Assembly (NCBI GenBank): GCA_973895155.1
Contig: OZ316894.1
Location: forward strand, 10,321,774 to 10,385,773
Direction: 5' to 3'
Source: Marsupella aquatica
Taxonomy: Eukaryota > Plantae > Marchantiophyta
Length of the DNA: 64,000 nucleotides
Positions 1-12,400 of the stretch are shown here, piece after piece (positions within the stretch are counted from its first letter, which is position 1; each line of letters opens with the position of its first letter). Made by a program: the position numbers and the translations under genes. The notes under the pieces were generated by a model. The model saw only the letters and a list, made by a program, of their open reading frames with translations, did not search any database and had not been told where the DNA came from.

Positions 1-188
1 GATAGGAGACTCACAGTCTGTCATATCCTTGGACTGTAACCTGGCGTCCCGGAAGTACCACGGTTTCTTGATGAACTTGACCTCTTCACAAATGTCTTCA
101 CTTGTCCAAATCACGTCTGTGAGGATTGTCATGAGATTTTCAGCCTCGGCAGATCCACTCTTTCCACTAGGACCCATGATGACAAAGT
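1..188 (-). other. Probable coding exon of an unidentified gene running off the left edge
   Basis: Minus-strand acceptor TTTGCAG near 189-195, followed by an open frame FVIMGPSGKSGSAEAENLMTILTDVIWTSEDICEEVKFIKKPWYFRDARLQ; no family recognised. Confidence 0.3.
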
Positions 189-203
189 CTGCAAATCTGA
201 ATG

Positions 204-500
204 CTCGGGGGTCTCACTATATGGGGACCTCCCCATCGCCTGCGACGTTTTTAGGCCTCAGACCCCCTAAAATGTAAGAAAAAAATGTTATTTTTTAACC
301 CCTATAAAGTTAGAATATTCTTGGAATATTCTAAAAATTGGATTAAAAAGACCCTAATGTTCTTATAAGTCTCAAAATTGAATTTAAAAGACCCTATTGT
401 TCTTCTACAAAAATTCTTAAGTCTTCCCTTAGAACCAATAAAATGACCCTATCCTTCGTCGCACATGATGTGCCATTTTTGTGGAAGTGAAACCCCCGAG
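204..500. mobile_element. MITE copy 1 (14-bp TIR CTCGGGGGTYTCAC, 8-bp TSD)
   Basis: Starts CTCGGGGGTCTCAC, ends GTGAAACCCCCGAG; TCTGAATG duplicated at 196-203 and 501-508; near-identical inverted copy at 26080. Confidence 0.93.
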
Positions 501-1069
501 TCTGAATGCAAGGAGCAATAAATTTATTGCTTTGACAAACCAAAGAACCAAAAACCACCAATAGCGGAAACACAACACAAGGACAAGTCACTCGCATGCA
601 AACATCAATACAACTTAGAAAGTGCTCATTCACGTACAAGCATTAGGTCATTCCATGAGTGATACCAACTCCGATAAAATTATTGCAAAAACACTAATTT
701 GAACAATAGTGTAATCTTTTATTTCCACAATTTCCCAAATGCTTTTTAAAATATCTTTATTTGATTATTATATATTATTATATTATTTATGACAATAATT
801 TTCAGTCTTCTATAATTAATTTAAATTATATAAACCTACATACAAAAACAAATTGTTACTAATAATTATAAATGAAAGACACAAATATAATATAGTTCAA
901 ATTGAATAACAAAATTTACTCAAAATAAAAGAGTATTTAACAATAAAAAATAGAGGCCAATCAAAATATTGCATGTGAGAACAATAATATTGTATTATAT
1001 AAAAAAAATGTTACATCATTTGGCTTCTTACTCATATCTACTCCTATTTAAATGTATATCTATTACTAT

Positions 1070-1780
1070 CTATGCTATATTTAAAATTTCTGATTTATAA
1101 TTATAATCACTAAATTTTGTTACATGATCTATGTTTCCTTTCCTTTGAAACACCTGGCAAGATTTCCATTTTTCACTATTTTCTTCCCAAGTCAAAGCTA
1201 AAGATTCTTGCGACCAATCTGGATAATAATCTTCAACATAGTTCCATGAAGTATCAAACTCGCAAATTCTAGAAAGAAAAGGAATGAGTTGATTTCTTAA
1301 AAACATATCATTTTCATCTCCATGATATGAAAGTGGATATAAAGATGACCAGAAAGGATTGCAGAATGTATTAATTGGGGAATCTAGAAGGGTCACATTT
1401 TCACGGATTAGATGAGGCATTTTACTAAAAACAGTTTGAACTAGTTTCAAATACACAAACTCGTGATTTGAATCAAGACCAATTCGTGATAATTTTTCTT
1501 TCCAAAATGAAAACTTGAGGGCACGTCTTTCACCATCGCTAAGTAATTGTGCCATGTATTTTGTCAGTATTTTTTTTGACATAAGTGACCAAATTCCAAC
1601 ATCAAAATTCTTCAAACAAAATTGAATGAACTCGTTGAAAAATGGCCTGAGACATAGAGTAACATTCTCCACGGTAACGCATCTTGCGTTGTCGCTCTTC
1701 TTTGATAACTCACAAGGACAATAAAGAAATGCATCCATATCAAGAACAAGTAATCTGGTCGCTTTAAACAATTTCACCAC
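1070..1780 (-). CDS. FCP1/SCP (NIF)-like HAD phosphatase domain, terminal exon (element B cargo)
   Basis: LLVLDMD (HAD motif I), LRPFFNEFIQFC, FDVGIWS, YLKLV, NVTLLDSP..FCNP; preceded by acceptor CAACAG at 1781, so the start lies in an upstream exon. Confidence 0.8.
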   Translation of the reverse strand: MVKLFKATRLLVLDMDAFLYCPCELSKKSDNARCVTVENVTLCLRPFFNEFIQFCLKNFDVGIWSLMSKKILTKYMAQLLSDGERRALKFSFWKEKLSRIGLDSNHEFVYLKLVQTVFSKMPHLIRENVTLLDSPINTFCNPFWSSLYPLSYHGDENDMFLRNQLIPFLSRICEFDTSWNYVEDYYPDWSQESLALTWEENSEKWKSCQVFQRKGNIDHVTKFSDYNYKSEILNIA

Positions 1781-1915
1781 CTGTTGAATCCAATAAAAAA
1801 AATCAATAAAATGAAATTAGCATGTAGAAATATGTACACTATTAAATTTATTAATCATTTAAAATTGTATGGTCATGGAAATTCCAATGTAACAAAGTAA
1901 TCTGGCATATTTATA

Positions 1916-2600
1916 CTAATTTAATCTCTTCTGCATCAATCGAAGAACTACCTCTCGTCTACTTTCATTTAGACTACTCCAATTCAATAGATATGGTATT
2001 CCAAAACTTTCGCAATGAGCGAACATGATCACAAACATTCCACAATTATAGGAATCTACTTGTCTTGGAATGTCTTTTGGAAATGATAGGTTCCAAATAT
2101 TCATGTCAACAGGTGGAAGTTTTTTATCCTTGGCTTCGTCTATGAGATACTTTGACAAATTGTCAAGTACCTCTGAATTTTCATCATGTAATGAATCCAA
2201 ATATTTTAAATTTTTGTTTTTGAAGTCAATTACAACTAAACTCCAATGCGCACTTTGGTGAATTGGTACAAAAACCTTTTCACAATCAAAAATGGTATAT
2301 CCAAATCTGTTGGACCATCTTGAAATGCTCGAATTGTAACAATATCCAGTATTTGTAAGTTTACCGTAAAACCACGTATTGTGAAAATGACATCTCATAG
2401 ATGCTTCTCTTTCTTTCAATAAAGTGAAATATCCGTTAATGATCTCTAAAACAAGCCAGGATCCGGGTCCAAGAGATTTCATAATGTTACGAGTAATGTC
2501 GACCTCATTGATGGTAGTCAAAACCTCTTCACCATCCAAAGATGTACTTAGGCATTTGTCTATCAACAACTCGCTACACTCAGATAATATCACAGCCTCT
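1916..2600 (-). CDS. Ulp1/SENP (peptidase C48) SUMO protease domain exon
   Basis: SWL..EIINGYF, FHNTWFY, VFVPIHQSAHWSLVV (His), YLDSL (Asp), PRQVDSYNCG (Gln/Cys); acceptor at 2601, donor near 2688. Confidence 0.92.
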
Positions 2601-2735
2601 CTGCAAAATCAAATTATATTTTAGCGACTCACTTATTTCAAAACAGTTAACACCAAGGAAATGTTCACTAATATCAACAAGATCTTACCTTGGGAACTCG
2701 TGATCTAGATGGTTCAGTCCTCGAGTTTATCACTT

Positions 2736-5205
2736 TTAAATCTGAAGTAGAGAGAATATCTTTTGAAGTCCATTCCACACCGCTATCCACTCCCTTGACA
2801 CTTGGGGACTGTTCCGCCGCTCAAAACCCAGCACGAGTTCCTTCTTGACAGGCAAAGGTATAACCGGCTCCAAGAGTTTCTGTTTCTTCAAGCGCCGGCC
2901 CCCAAAAGGAAGACGTAACTCTCTCAATGTATCCGCACACTGCGTGTCTGTAGCAATTTCCAAGTCGGGATTATCCACCAACAATTCTTGATGATTATCT
3001 CCAGAATAAGGTAGGTCTTCTCTCTCATCCCAAGTACTTTCTGACCCCAAAATTTGTGCCCCCAATCTACCTTTTCCCTTATCTTTTCTTTCCTTCAGTG
3101 TCTTAAATCTATCCTGTTTTTCCTTTTTCTCCACTTCACATCTCTCACTCTCTTTTCTCTCCTCCTCGGCACTCTCTCGCTCCTTTCTCTCCCGATCGGC
3201 CCTCTCCCCCTCCTCTCTCTCTTTTCTCTCCTGACCTTCCCTTTCCTTTCTCTCCCGCTCGGCCCTCTCCCCGTCCTCTCTCTCTTTTCTCTCCTGCTCT
3301 TCCCGCTCGGCCCTCTCCTCCTCGGCCCTCTCTCCCTCCTCTCTTTCCCTCTCTCGCTCCTCTTCTTTCTTGATTCTCTCCGGCTCTTTTCTCTCTTTTC
3401 TCTCCTCCTCGGCCCTCTCACTCTCCTCTGTTTTCTCTCCTGCTCTTCCCTCTCCTTTCTCTCCCGCTCGGCCATCTCCCCGTCCTCTCTCTCTTTTCTC
3501 TCCTGCTCTTCCCTCTCTTTTCTCTCCCGCTCGGCCCTCTCCTCCCCGGCCCTCTCTCCCTCCTCTCTTTCCCTCTCTCGCTCCTCTTCTTTCTTGATTC
3601 TCTCCTGCTCTTTTCTCTCTTTTCTCTCATTCTCTTCTTGTTCTCTCTTCCTCTTTTCTTTATTCCTCTCTTCCTCCTCCTCCTCCTCCTCCTCTCTCTC
3701 CCTCTCTTCTTTCTTCTCCTCCTCTTCTGTATATTTCCCCTTCTGTTTCTTTTGTTCTCCCTGCTTGTCTTTCCTGTCTCCCCCTTCTTTCTCTTTCTTA
3801 TCCCCCGATTCTTTCTCTTTCTTGTCGAAATCCTCTCTCTCCTGCTCCTCCTCCTTGTCCTTTTCCTTTTCCTCCTGCTCGTCCTCCTTCTCCTCCTCCT
3901 TCTTGTCTTTCTCTTGCTCCTCCTCCTTCTCCTCCTTTTCCTTTTCCTCCTTCTCCTTGTCTTTTTCCTGCTCCTCCTCCTTCTCCTTTTCCTCCTGCTC
4001 GTCCTCCTTCTCCTCCTCCTCCTGGTCTTTCGCTTGCTCCTCCTCCTTCTCCTCCTTTTCCTTTTCCTCTTGCTCATCCTCCTTCTCCTTTTCCTCCTGG
4101 TCTTTCGCTTGCTCGTCCTCTTTCTCCTCCTCCTCCTGGTCTTTCGCTTGCTCCTCCTCCTTCTCCTCCTTTTCCTTTTCCTCTTGCTCATCCTCCTTCT
4201 CCTTTTCCTCCTGGTCTTTCGCTTGCTCGTCCTCTTTCTCCTCCTCCTCCTGGTCTTTCGCTTGCTCCTCCTCCTGGTCTTTCGCTTGCTCCTCCTCCTT
4301 CTCCTCTTTTTCCTCCTGCTCCTCATCTTCGTCTTTCTCCTCGTTGTTGTTGTGCTCCTCATCTTGCTCCTCCTCCTTGTTGTCATGCTCTTTGTCTTCC
4401 TCCTCCTTCCTTTCTCTCTCTCTCGCTTTCTCATCTCTTTTCTTTTTTCGATCGTCTTCTTTATTTTTCCTCTGTCTTTTTTCTTTTTTCTTGCCCGCTG
4501 GTTTCTCTTTGTGAGAACTCTCTTCTTCCTCTTCCTCGCTCTCATTGGTAGATTTTCTCTCCTTTCCTTTCTTTCTCTGTCTCTTTCTCTTCTCCCTCTC
4601 TTCTGACTTGCTTTCCTCCTCATCCCCTTCGTCTGTTTTCCCCTTTTTTTGGGAGTTACCTCCTCTGGATTTGCTTTTGTTCCGAGATCCTTCCTCACCT
4701 TCATCCTGCTTCCCTCGATTACGTGATCTTCTCGATTGGTTACGTCTCTTTTCCAAGGCAAGCTTTCTTTCCAGTTTTGACTTCGTTCTCCTCAACTCTT
4801 CAGCCTGCCGTTCTCTACTTTCAGAATTATCCGAGACATCGCCCTCTGAATCCTCCTCATCTGTCGGTGGCTTGGAAATTCATCCTCCCAATTTGGAGGG
4901 CTCTTGTCGCCTTCTCCGTCAGTTTCCTCCTCGCTAGCATGTCGGTCACATCTGCTTTTGCGCCGACGTTCATATTTCTGCCCCTTATCACCGTAATCAT
5001 CATCCTCATCATCCTCGTCATTGGCATGATGATCTCCACCATCATCATTGTTCCCTTCACTATTGTTTTTCTCATCCGCATCACTTTGCATATCCTCCCC
5101 GTTAACCTCCTTATCCGCTTCGGTATTGTCTTCATCCTCGCCTTTCTGATCATTTGATGGCTGTTGACGTGGACTCCGTAAATTCTTCCCTGAGCGTTTC
5201 TGCAA
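2736..5205 (-). pseudogene. Long Glu/Lys/Arg-rich low-complexity coding region linking the MTase-like and Ulp1 regions (frameshifted)
   Basis: Overlapping minus-strand ORFs 4792-5205, 3095-4795 and 2736-3134 with EEQAKDQEEEEKED and ERERKEREE repeats, collinear with the flanking exons. Confidence 0.6.
3130..4460. repeat. Pyrimidine-rich (CT) coding tandem repeats
   Basis: Repeated CCTGGTCTTTCGCTTGCTC units (~4020-4290) and CTCCCGCTCGGCCCTCT units (~3190-3550). Confidence 0.85.
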
Positions 5206-5371
5206 GTCTTTACCTGCAAAACAGAATGCAACAATTTATAGTCTGACGTCTTACTAAAATCAAACCTGCAATAATAAAAATGATGAAGAATAAAATCAGA
5301 CTCGGCCGGAACACTGTCCCGCAAGCTCAAAGGTATCCAAGGAACACTCTCCCGTTACGGTTGAATTGCCT

Positions 5372-6869
5372 TCACGAACAATACCCGGCGGAACACTGTC
5401 CCAAGTTAGAACGGAGCAAAAGACAGTGAAAAACTGTACCTCCAAGCGGTCCCGATGGGAGGACTGAAGGCAAGGAATATAGAGCAAAGTCTTCCTCCTT
5501 TGTATCTCTTTCTTCAAGACAATACTCCTTCAGAGTAGTCTCAATCTGCTCCGGGTTGAGGTGATAGTTCTCTTGGAGAAGGTCGGAGAGATCATCTCGA
5601 ATTTTGAAGATAGACTTCCCCTTTGAAATTTTCCTCCGGAGCAACTTCTCTAGAGAGTCACGTTCGGGACATTTTGGCTCTTCGAACAACGGAAATAGAG
5701 TGTTGAAGTAAGTCGAAGTCAGATCATGACTCTCTAGAGCGCAATAGCTTGTCACACAAATAGAGTTCCCCTGGATGAAAAAACAAATTTCTCGGGAATT
5801 AGGAGATGAATATATTCATAATCCTCAAAAGGTCAAAGAAACACTCCACGACTGGTTGTAGGAACTTACCATCAGTAATTCTATCATGCGTCGATTATCT
5901 CCAAAACAAACGACCGAGTCTCCAGAAGACAGAAATAGCCTCACGAAACATTGAAAGAAGTTTGAGCTTTTTTCGTCGCTCCAACGCTCCACTTTCTCTT
6001 GTTCATCAAAATTTGAGATCTTCCCTCGCAATGACCCTAACATAAAAGCCTCCTTGTCTTTGGAAGTAGTTGAATCTGCATACGCCTCATAAAAAAATGC
6101 GTAGAGTACATACTGGGTGATTCTCCCATCATTCTCCAATAAGCTCTCTTTGTCCCGCCTAACAGAACACTTCATAGTGTATTGGGTTGGGACGCATACA
6201 TATCTCTTTGCTTGAGACATGCCTTTCATTACATCACATATCTCTAACGGATGGATCACAAGCACCACCTTGTGATTCAATGTTCCAATTGTTGCCGTTG
6301 ATCGAAATAATCTCCGATAAAAATCGTGGTCATAAGGACCATACTCTGCTGTTCTAGTTGAATCAAAAAAGAAAAAGTCGACTTTTTTTCTTTGGGACGA
6401 TTTCCCAAGACTTTCAAAAAATTGTTTCCCACCAAAACCATCAATTGATTCCAGATTCAAGAGCTCGTTCGGTTTGACAATGAGCAGATTACCATCTCAG
6501 TCCACTGACCTCAAAATTGAGTCTGCAAGACTCTTGAATGACGCCGGAATTTTGTCGATCATCTCTCCCCATAATGTATTGTTCTGCCTCCCAATGTTGA
6601 ACACTTTTTGAGGCAACAAGTCGCGTAACATTTTCATTCGCTCTTGATTGATGTGGAAAAATTCCTTGACCTCCTTTACCTTCTCCTTACGGTCACCTTT
6701 GCTGAGAATCCGGAACTGGTTAATGGTACACTTCTCAGTAAATTGGTACAGAAATACACATTCAAATATCCTCTTGTGCTTCTTTTCTATACAGAATTCC
6801 ATCAGTGACCTCCACCCTTCCATAGCGACCGGATCGTAATTCTTGTCGGATAGCTTGTTTGGGAAGAAT
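5372..6869 (-). pseudogene. 3' half of the element-B ParB-MTase-like gene (degenerate DNA-methyltransferase-like region)
   Basis: Joins in frame to 21622+ when element A is removed (…KIASYLISGTKVSLLFFPNKLSDKNYDPVAMEGW…). VDFFFFDST and KSSNFFQCFVRLFLSSGDSVVCFG resemble motif IV and motif X/I regions of beta-class N4/N6 MTases. Confidence 0.6.
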
Positions 6870-8031
6870 CAATACTTTCACTAACTCTGGAATATTATAG
6901 TCCACTTGGAATTTTGATAGTGTACTTTTGGAAAATTGAATGTTACTTTTTAGAAATTTGAAAACATAGTTTTTGAGTTTTAAATAAGGGTTCTGAACAA
7001 TTCCAATTTTCTTCCGGATACTTCAGCACCAATTTTGGAAACTTCAAGTTGTGATTTGGTACAAACTTTTGAGACATAACATAAGAAAAGGGGCTTAGGT
7101 TCACACGTTGTTAACTTCATCCCAATGAGTTTTTTAATAGATAGAGACCAGCCACGAAAACCCACACGACAAGGGGGAACAAGCAGCCTCACACACAACA
7201 AAGAACATGCACAGCATACCCCTAAAAGCCCCAAAAAGACGAGGGCCAGAGAGTCGCACAAGAGTAAAGAGTAAAAGCTCAACAACAAGAGTCGCCCTGA
7301 CACCTAAGGGGCACGACGGAACAAAAGGTGCACTCAAAGCTTCAATGAAGAGTAACATATGATCATAAAAAGTGGGCGGGACCAAGTGTAACAATCCAGA
7401 GGAGCATATAGTTTAGCAAGCAGTTTTGCAAGCTTTATCGATGCCTAGAATGATGCATACAAGAATTCTACATGTCTTGTTGTGAGGGAGGAGTATGATA
7501 GACGGAGGACTTTGCACAAGCTGTTCATCCGCACTTGAGCGCGAGCCACTCTCCTCCACCAACACACGCAATAGGAGAAGGCATCGTGAGAACAAAGGGT
7601 CTCTATACTCTCTCCTCCCATCCCACACGTAGAGGGAGAAGCGTCGTGTGAAAAGAGGCTCCTCTCTGCCGAAGACCAAGTCGCTCCAGAAATAGAAGGG
7701 CAAAGAACAAGGGATTGCAAATGAAAGAGCACCAACATCCTATTCCACATTTGTACACATAAAGATAAGCTTGGTATATTCATAGGAAACATATGTGCCT
7801 AACAAAAATTCTGGTTGATGTCGGCGTAGCATCCCTGAAATATATCAACCACCCATGCTCAGAAACACCGAAGCCTCCCAAGTGGAAAACACTAAGGCGG
7901 AAAACGCAAGCACTTTCTGTTCACACCTAAACATGATGCACGATCAACTAACAAATTCCTACGCGATGATCGCATCCACACAAAAAACAGCTCCAAAACA
8001 CTTCCCGAGAGCTGACTCCAGAATGCCTCAT

Positions 8032-8517
8032 TCAATCGTTCCAGGATGATGGCATCCACTCGTCGGAGTCTGCATTATCGCTATCTAGAAATTCTTCCCT
8101 TGCCCATTCCTTCAGACTTCTCTCGGAGCTTCGTTTCTTCTTCAAAGGTCCGTAATACTCAGCCAAATGATCCCTCTTCCAACGACGCCTCATCTTCCGA
8201 CATTCCTCCCGACGGATCCTCTTTTGTTGCCCCTCCGTGGCCTTTGTCGACTTCTTCTCTTTCTCTTTCTGTTCCTCCTCCACCTCATCTGCAACAGGTG
8301 CCTGGTCGTTTGTCTTGTCATGACTAACCACAGTTTGGTTGCCAAGAGGAGGAATGGTTTCTGTTCTTGCAGCAACTCCAGAGTCAAAACTATTGGATGG
8401 CTCCGAGCACACAGAGAAGTTGGACCGCTCCTCATTTGCATTCTCTGCCTGTAATGCTCTAGAACTCTTCTCCGCATGTAATGCTGAAGGACTCCTCACT
8501 CGTCTCCCAGGTGCCAT
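8032..8517 (-). CDS. Hypothetical charged protein, element A cargo
   Basis: 161-aa ATG-initiated ORF with basic NLS-like stretches; no family recognised. Confidence 0.35.
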   Translation of the reverse strand: MAPGRRVRSPSALHAEKSSRALQAENANEERSNFSVCSEPSNSFDSGVAARTETIPPLGNQTVVSHDKTNDQAPVADEVEEEQKEKEKKSTKATEGQQKRIRREECRKMRRRWKRDHLAEYYGPLKKKRSSERSLKEWAREEFLDSDNADSDEWMPSSWND

Positions 8518-8669
8518 TATGAAAGTTAAGGAAAATCACCACGATCCAAAATGGTTGTCAAACGCTCAATTTGGAAAAGGAAGATTTGATCAGAAGGAGA
8601 GAGATGTTGGAGACTGAGCCAGAAGTTCATCACAAAGCATAACTTGAAGGAGAGAAACAAGCCTCTCGA

Positions 8670-9390
8670 ATAAGGGTGTGTGTGATGAGATCCGGGATTT
8701 GCAAGTCATAAGTTCATTAAGACATCCTACGCGAGCATCGTGTGGCACAATTATGATACAAAAACCCGTGACCGGGCACCACACCATCATTGTGGCCACA
8801 ACAGACCCGAGCCATAGGTCGACATGCGCGCCATTGCAGTGAAAGTGAAATTCAGTCCAAGTACACATCTTTCACTTTCCGAAGGTCATAATGATCCTAG
8901 AGCTGGGTAGTCCGGCCTACACGAGCCTCGTGCGGAAAGTAACTGGAACCAACCAGCTCCAACCTTGCCTATTGTTCTCCCACAGTCCTCAACCCGACAA
9001 AATACATTACGTGTGAATATGGGTCTGTGTGATGAGATCCGGGATTTTCAAGTCATAAGTTGATTATGACATCCTACGTGAGCCTCGTGTAGCACAATTA
9101 TGATACAAAAACACCTGTCAGTTTAACCTCAATAACGGAGGAAATTGAGCTCATCCCAAACAAATCTCATGATCCGGCACCAAACCATCATTGTGGACAC
9201 AACGGACACGAGCCAAAGGTCGACATGCGCGCCATTGCACTGAATGTACACACCTTTCACTTTTCAAAGCTCAATATGATCCTCGAGCTAAGTAAATCCG
9301 GCCTACATGAGCCTTGTGCGGAAAGTGACTGGAAAAAACCAGCTCCAACCTCGCCTATTGTTCTCCCACAATCCTCAACCCAACAATTAG
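8670..9390. repeat. Imperfect direct duplication (~350-400 bp unit), two A palindromes per unit
   Basis: TGTGATGAGATCCGGGATTT at ~8680 and ~9029; AGGTCGACATGCGCGCCATTGCA at ~8816 and ~9217. Confidence 0.8.
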
Positions 9391-9447
9391 GACGTGCCAT
9401 GCATCGCCAATTGTCTTCCACGCGAGTCTCGCGTCGAGTTAAGGATA

Positions 9448-12400
9448 TTAGTTCTCCTCAATCGTTTCTGTAATGTAAACCTTCACACTTTCCAAAACTC
9501 TCGCTGGAACTTTTACCTTTGCTTTCGCTTTTGATGTCCATCCGGTGATGGTTGAAGTTGCAAGCATCCAATCATTCGTGACTGGGGGAATGAGGTAATT
9601 GGGATCCCTTTCCCACGTTTGCTTTGAATTAAAGCAGTCCCGATATCTTTCTGATTCGGTTGCCAAACTGTTGCGATTAAGAGGGCGCCACCATTCAACT
9701 TGGAACTCTCCAACATTTGCATTGTCGGTATCTCTTACGACACAATCGATTGCTTTTGCAAGCCAAAATCGTTGCGGAATTCTGGTTTCAAATTCATCGG
9801 TGGGTCGAATAATAACAAATGTATTCTTTTTAATATCTTCCAGAGGACTAAATCTTGACCTCTCACGCTCAGAAGGGTGTCCGACAAAGATTGTTTGCCT
9901 CTCTTCTTCATCTTCTTGAAGCTCTCTTTCCAGATTATGCATCACCCCATTGTCTTTGCTTGGGTTGGTATCCACATTCTGACCATACTGACGATACCCA
10001 GTTCCATGGTTCGTTCGAGGCCAGAATCCATCAAGTAATGGATAATCTACCCCTGCTAGCGAAGGAGAGCAAAGTGTATCCTGAAACACAGAAACAATGT
10101 TTTCCCAGTATTGAATCTCTGGACTTCGGAGACAATATCCCTCTGATGTAACATCCTTCCATGCAGTCTTCAGCCATGAGATATAATGGATCAAGTACTC
10201 CAAAATGTCATTCGCCCGCTTGTGAGAAGACTCCATCCGCTTGGAATATGGACTTCCAATTGGAAATTTGTATTGGTTTCTCTCTGAGTCAAACAACCAA
10301 ATTGTTTGACCCTTTGTAGGTAGCCAAGGCGTATCAATTTTCTCTCGATATTGGTAGACTGGGACATTCTCCTTCATTGAGAACAAGAATTGAACAGGTG
10401 CTGATTGACCCTGGATCCTTTTGACAAATGGTCCTACATAAGCTTTGTAAGATGCAACTTCGCGGATGAACCTGGGAATCGGATGTTTCTTCTCGCACTC
10501 CCAAACCTCCACCATTAAACCAAAAAATGTGGTAAGCTCTCAATTGTAGATCCTTATCCCCACTCTAGAGAAGAAGGCATCCACATCCTCATGAGTGTGC
10601 CCGACCATCAAAAAGGAAAGAGTTACTGACTCAAACACTCCTTTTAGAACAAGCTCGCTATAGAAAGCCAGAACTGTCTGGTTCTTGTTATCCTTTCCCG
10701 AGTTATCAAGTTGAAGGTGGAGGTGTCAAGGAAGCGCCTTGAAGGGTAGGGATGTTGAAGACTCTACGCGACTCTCGTGTGGCACATTATCACCAAGCCC
10801 TGCGAAGTGAGCAAGAGAGATCTTTTTGGTTTCGAGGTATCCTACCTCAAAGGCACGCCGATCCAAGAGGGATACAAAGATTGGATATGTGACGTCAGAG
10901 GTGTTGAGAGCTAAATCGCCGGTCTTATCTCCCACAAACGATTCGAGATCACGAAATAACTTTGCAAGCGAAGAGACTGTAAAATCAGGATCGCTTGCCC
11001 ACAAACCAGAAAGGGCAAAATGTGCATAAATTCCAGGCTCCCGTCCATGCGTTAACATCCCCGTCAGCGTCATTGGTAGCGGGATTGATTTGCCTCCTTG
11101 GCTCTTGAGTGTAGAAGTCATTTTAGGGATTCCGGTCTTGGCTTGATCCATTTTATCGTGAATCACAGACAAATATTTGTCGGGCTCCTGGTCCGCTGCA
11201 AGTTTTGCTGCATAGTAGATACTCCTGCGTGATTGTTGTTCCAACATGTGCCGTTCGCGCTTTGCCTTGATTTCTAAAATCTTATCCACCCATTTCTCCC
11301 CCCGAAGTGTTTCTTTAATGGTCGTGCAGAGATCGCATTTTGCAAAGTTGCTCCGATCTTGGAATTGGAAATTGGGGAAATATTTATCCAAAAGCTTGTA
11401 GAAGGTTGGGAGAGAGGGCGAATGAATACCCAGGTTTTTGTTAAGCTCGCAAGCCTCTTCAAAAACATCTTTTCTCCCGTAACTTATTAGAACCCTGAAA
11501 ACAACTTCCTGCTTGCCTGAAACACCAATTTTGTGAAGATGTGGCATTGGTTCTGCACATTTCTGCAGGATACTTTGAATTGATTCTGTGAACAACACAA
11601 CGTAGTCTTTGGTCTTGATGGTCCCTTCATTCCCATGAACACCAACTTTTGCCCCCTCCATGTATCGTGAATACATTGTGTAAAATGTTCCTTGAGAAAA
11701 TCCATGAATATTCCAGAAAGCTTCCTTGCAGATCCTGCTTCCCTTGAATACAATCATGCCTGAGGCGATGGTTTGATCGTCACGACAGTGAAGATGATTG
11801 AGCACATAAGTATGTTGCTCAACATGCGATAGACCATAGTACTCTTCCCTAATGTCAGTGACGGTCTCACGGAGTTGTCGTCGACAACAACTCTGTGAGC
11901 AACAATCAACCCGATAAAGAGTATCTATGACACCCGAGACATCTTTTGATTGCGTCTTTTCTTGAGTCGGTTTCTCTCCTTCTGGTTTGAATCTTGAGGA
12001 TTTCTTCGTTGATTGTTATAGCCCCTTTTTGGCTTGATATATGAGAGAATTCTAACTCCCTCATCGTTACCATCATTCCGATCTAAAAGATCACTAAGAC
12101 ATTCCATTCCAGGCTCAATCCTAGTTTTGCTGATTGGCCATCGAACTGTGCATGGTGATCTGTCAACAAATTGAGGGAACATAACTTTTCCCAAGCCAGC
12201 TTCAATAGCTAGACTCAAAATATTCACACCAACATGATCTTCCCCAACTCGCTCGTTGTTAATGGACGCAAGAGGATGTGGGTTTATGATGCAACCTCTT
12301 GCGAGCAAGGTTTCTCCGTCGTCCGCATAGAGAAGGGCAAACTTTTTGAACCATGTGCTACGATCTTTCAGATCCTCCGCAAAAACCTCTGTCCCCTCCA

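Noticed and set aside
3054-4606. Long plus-strand Ser/Leu/Phe-rich ORFs (486 aa, 322 aa) and the Arg-rich minus-strand alternative frame
   Set aside because: Shadow frames of the CT-rich repeat; the acidic minus frame is the one collinear with neighbouring exons.
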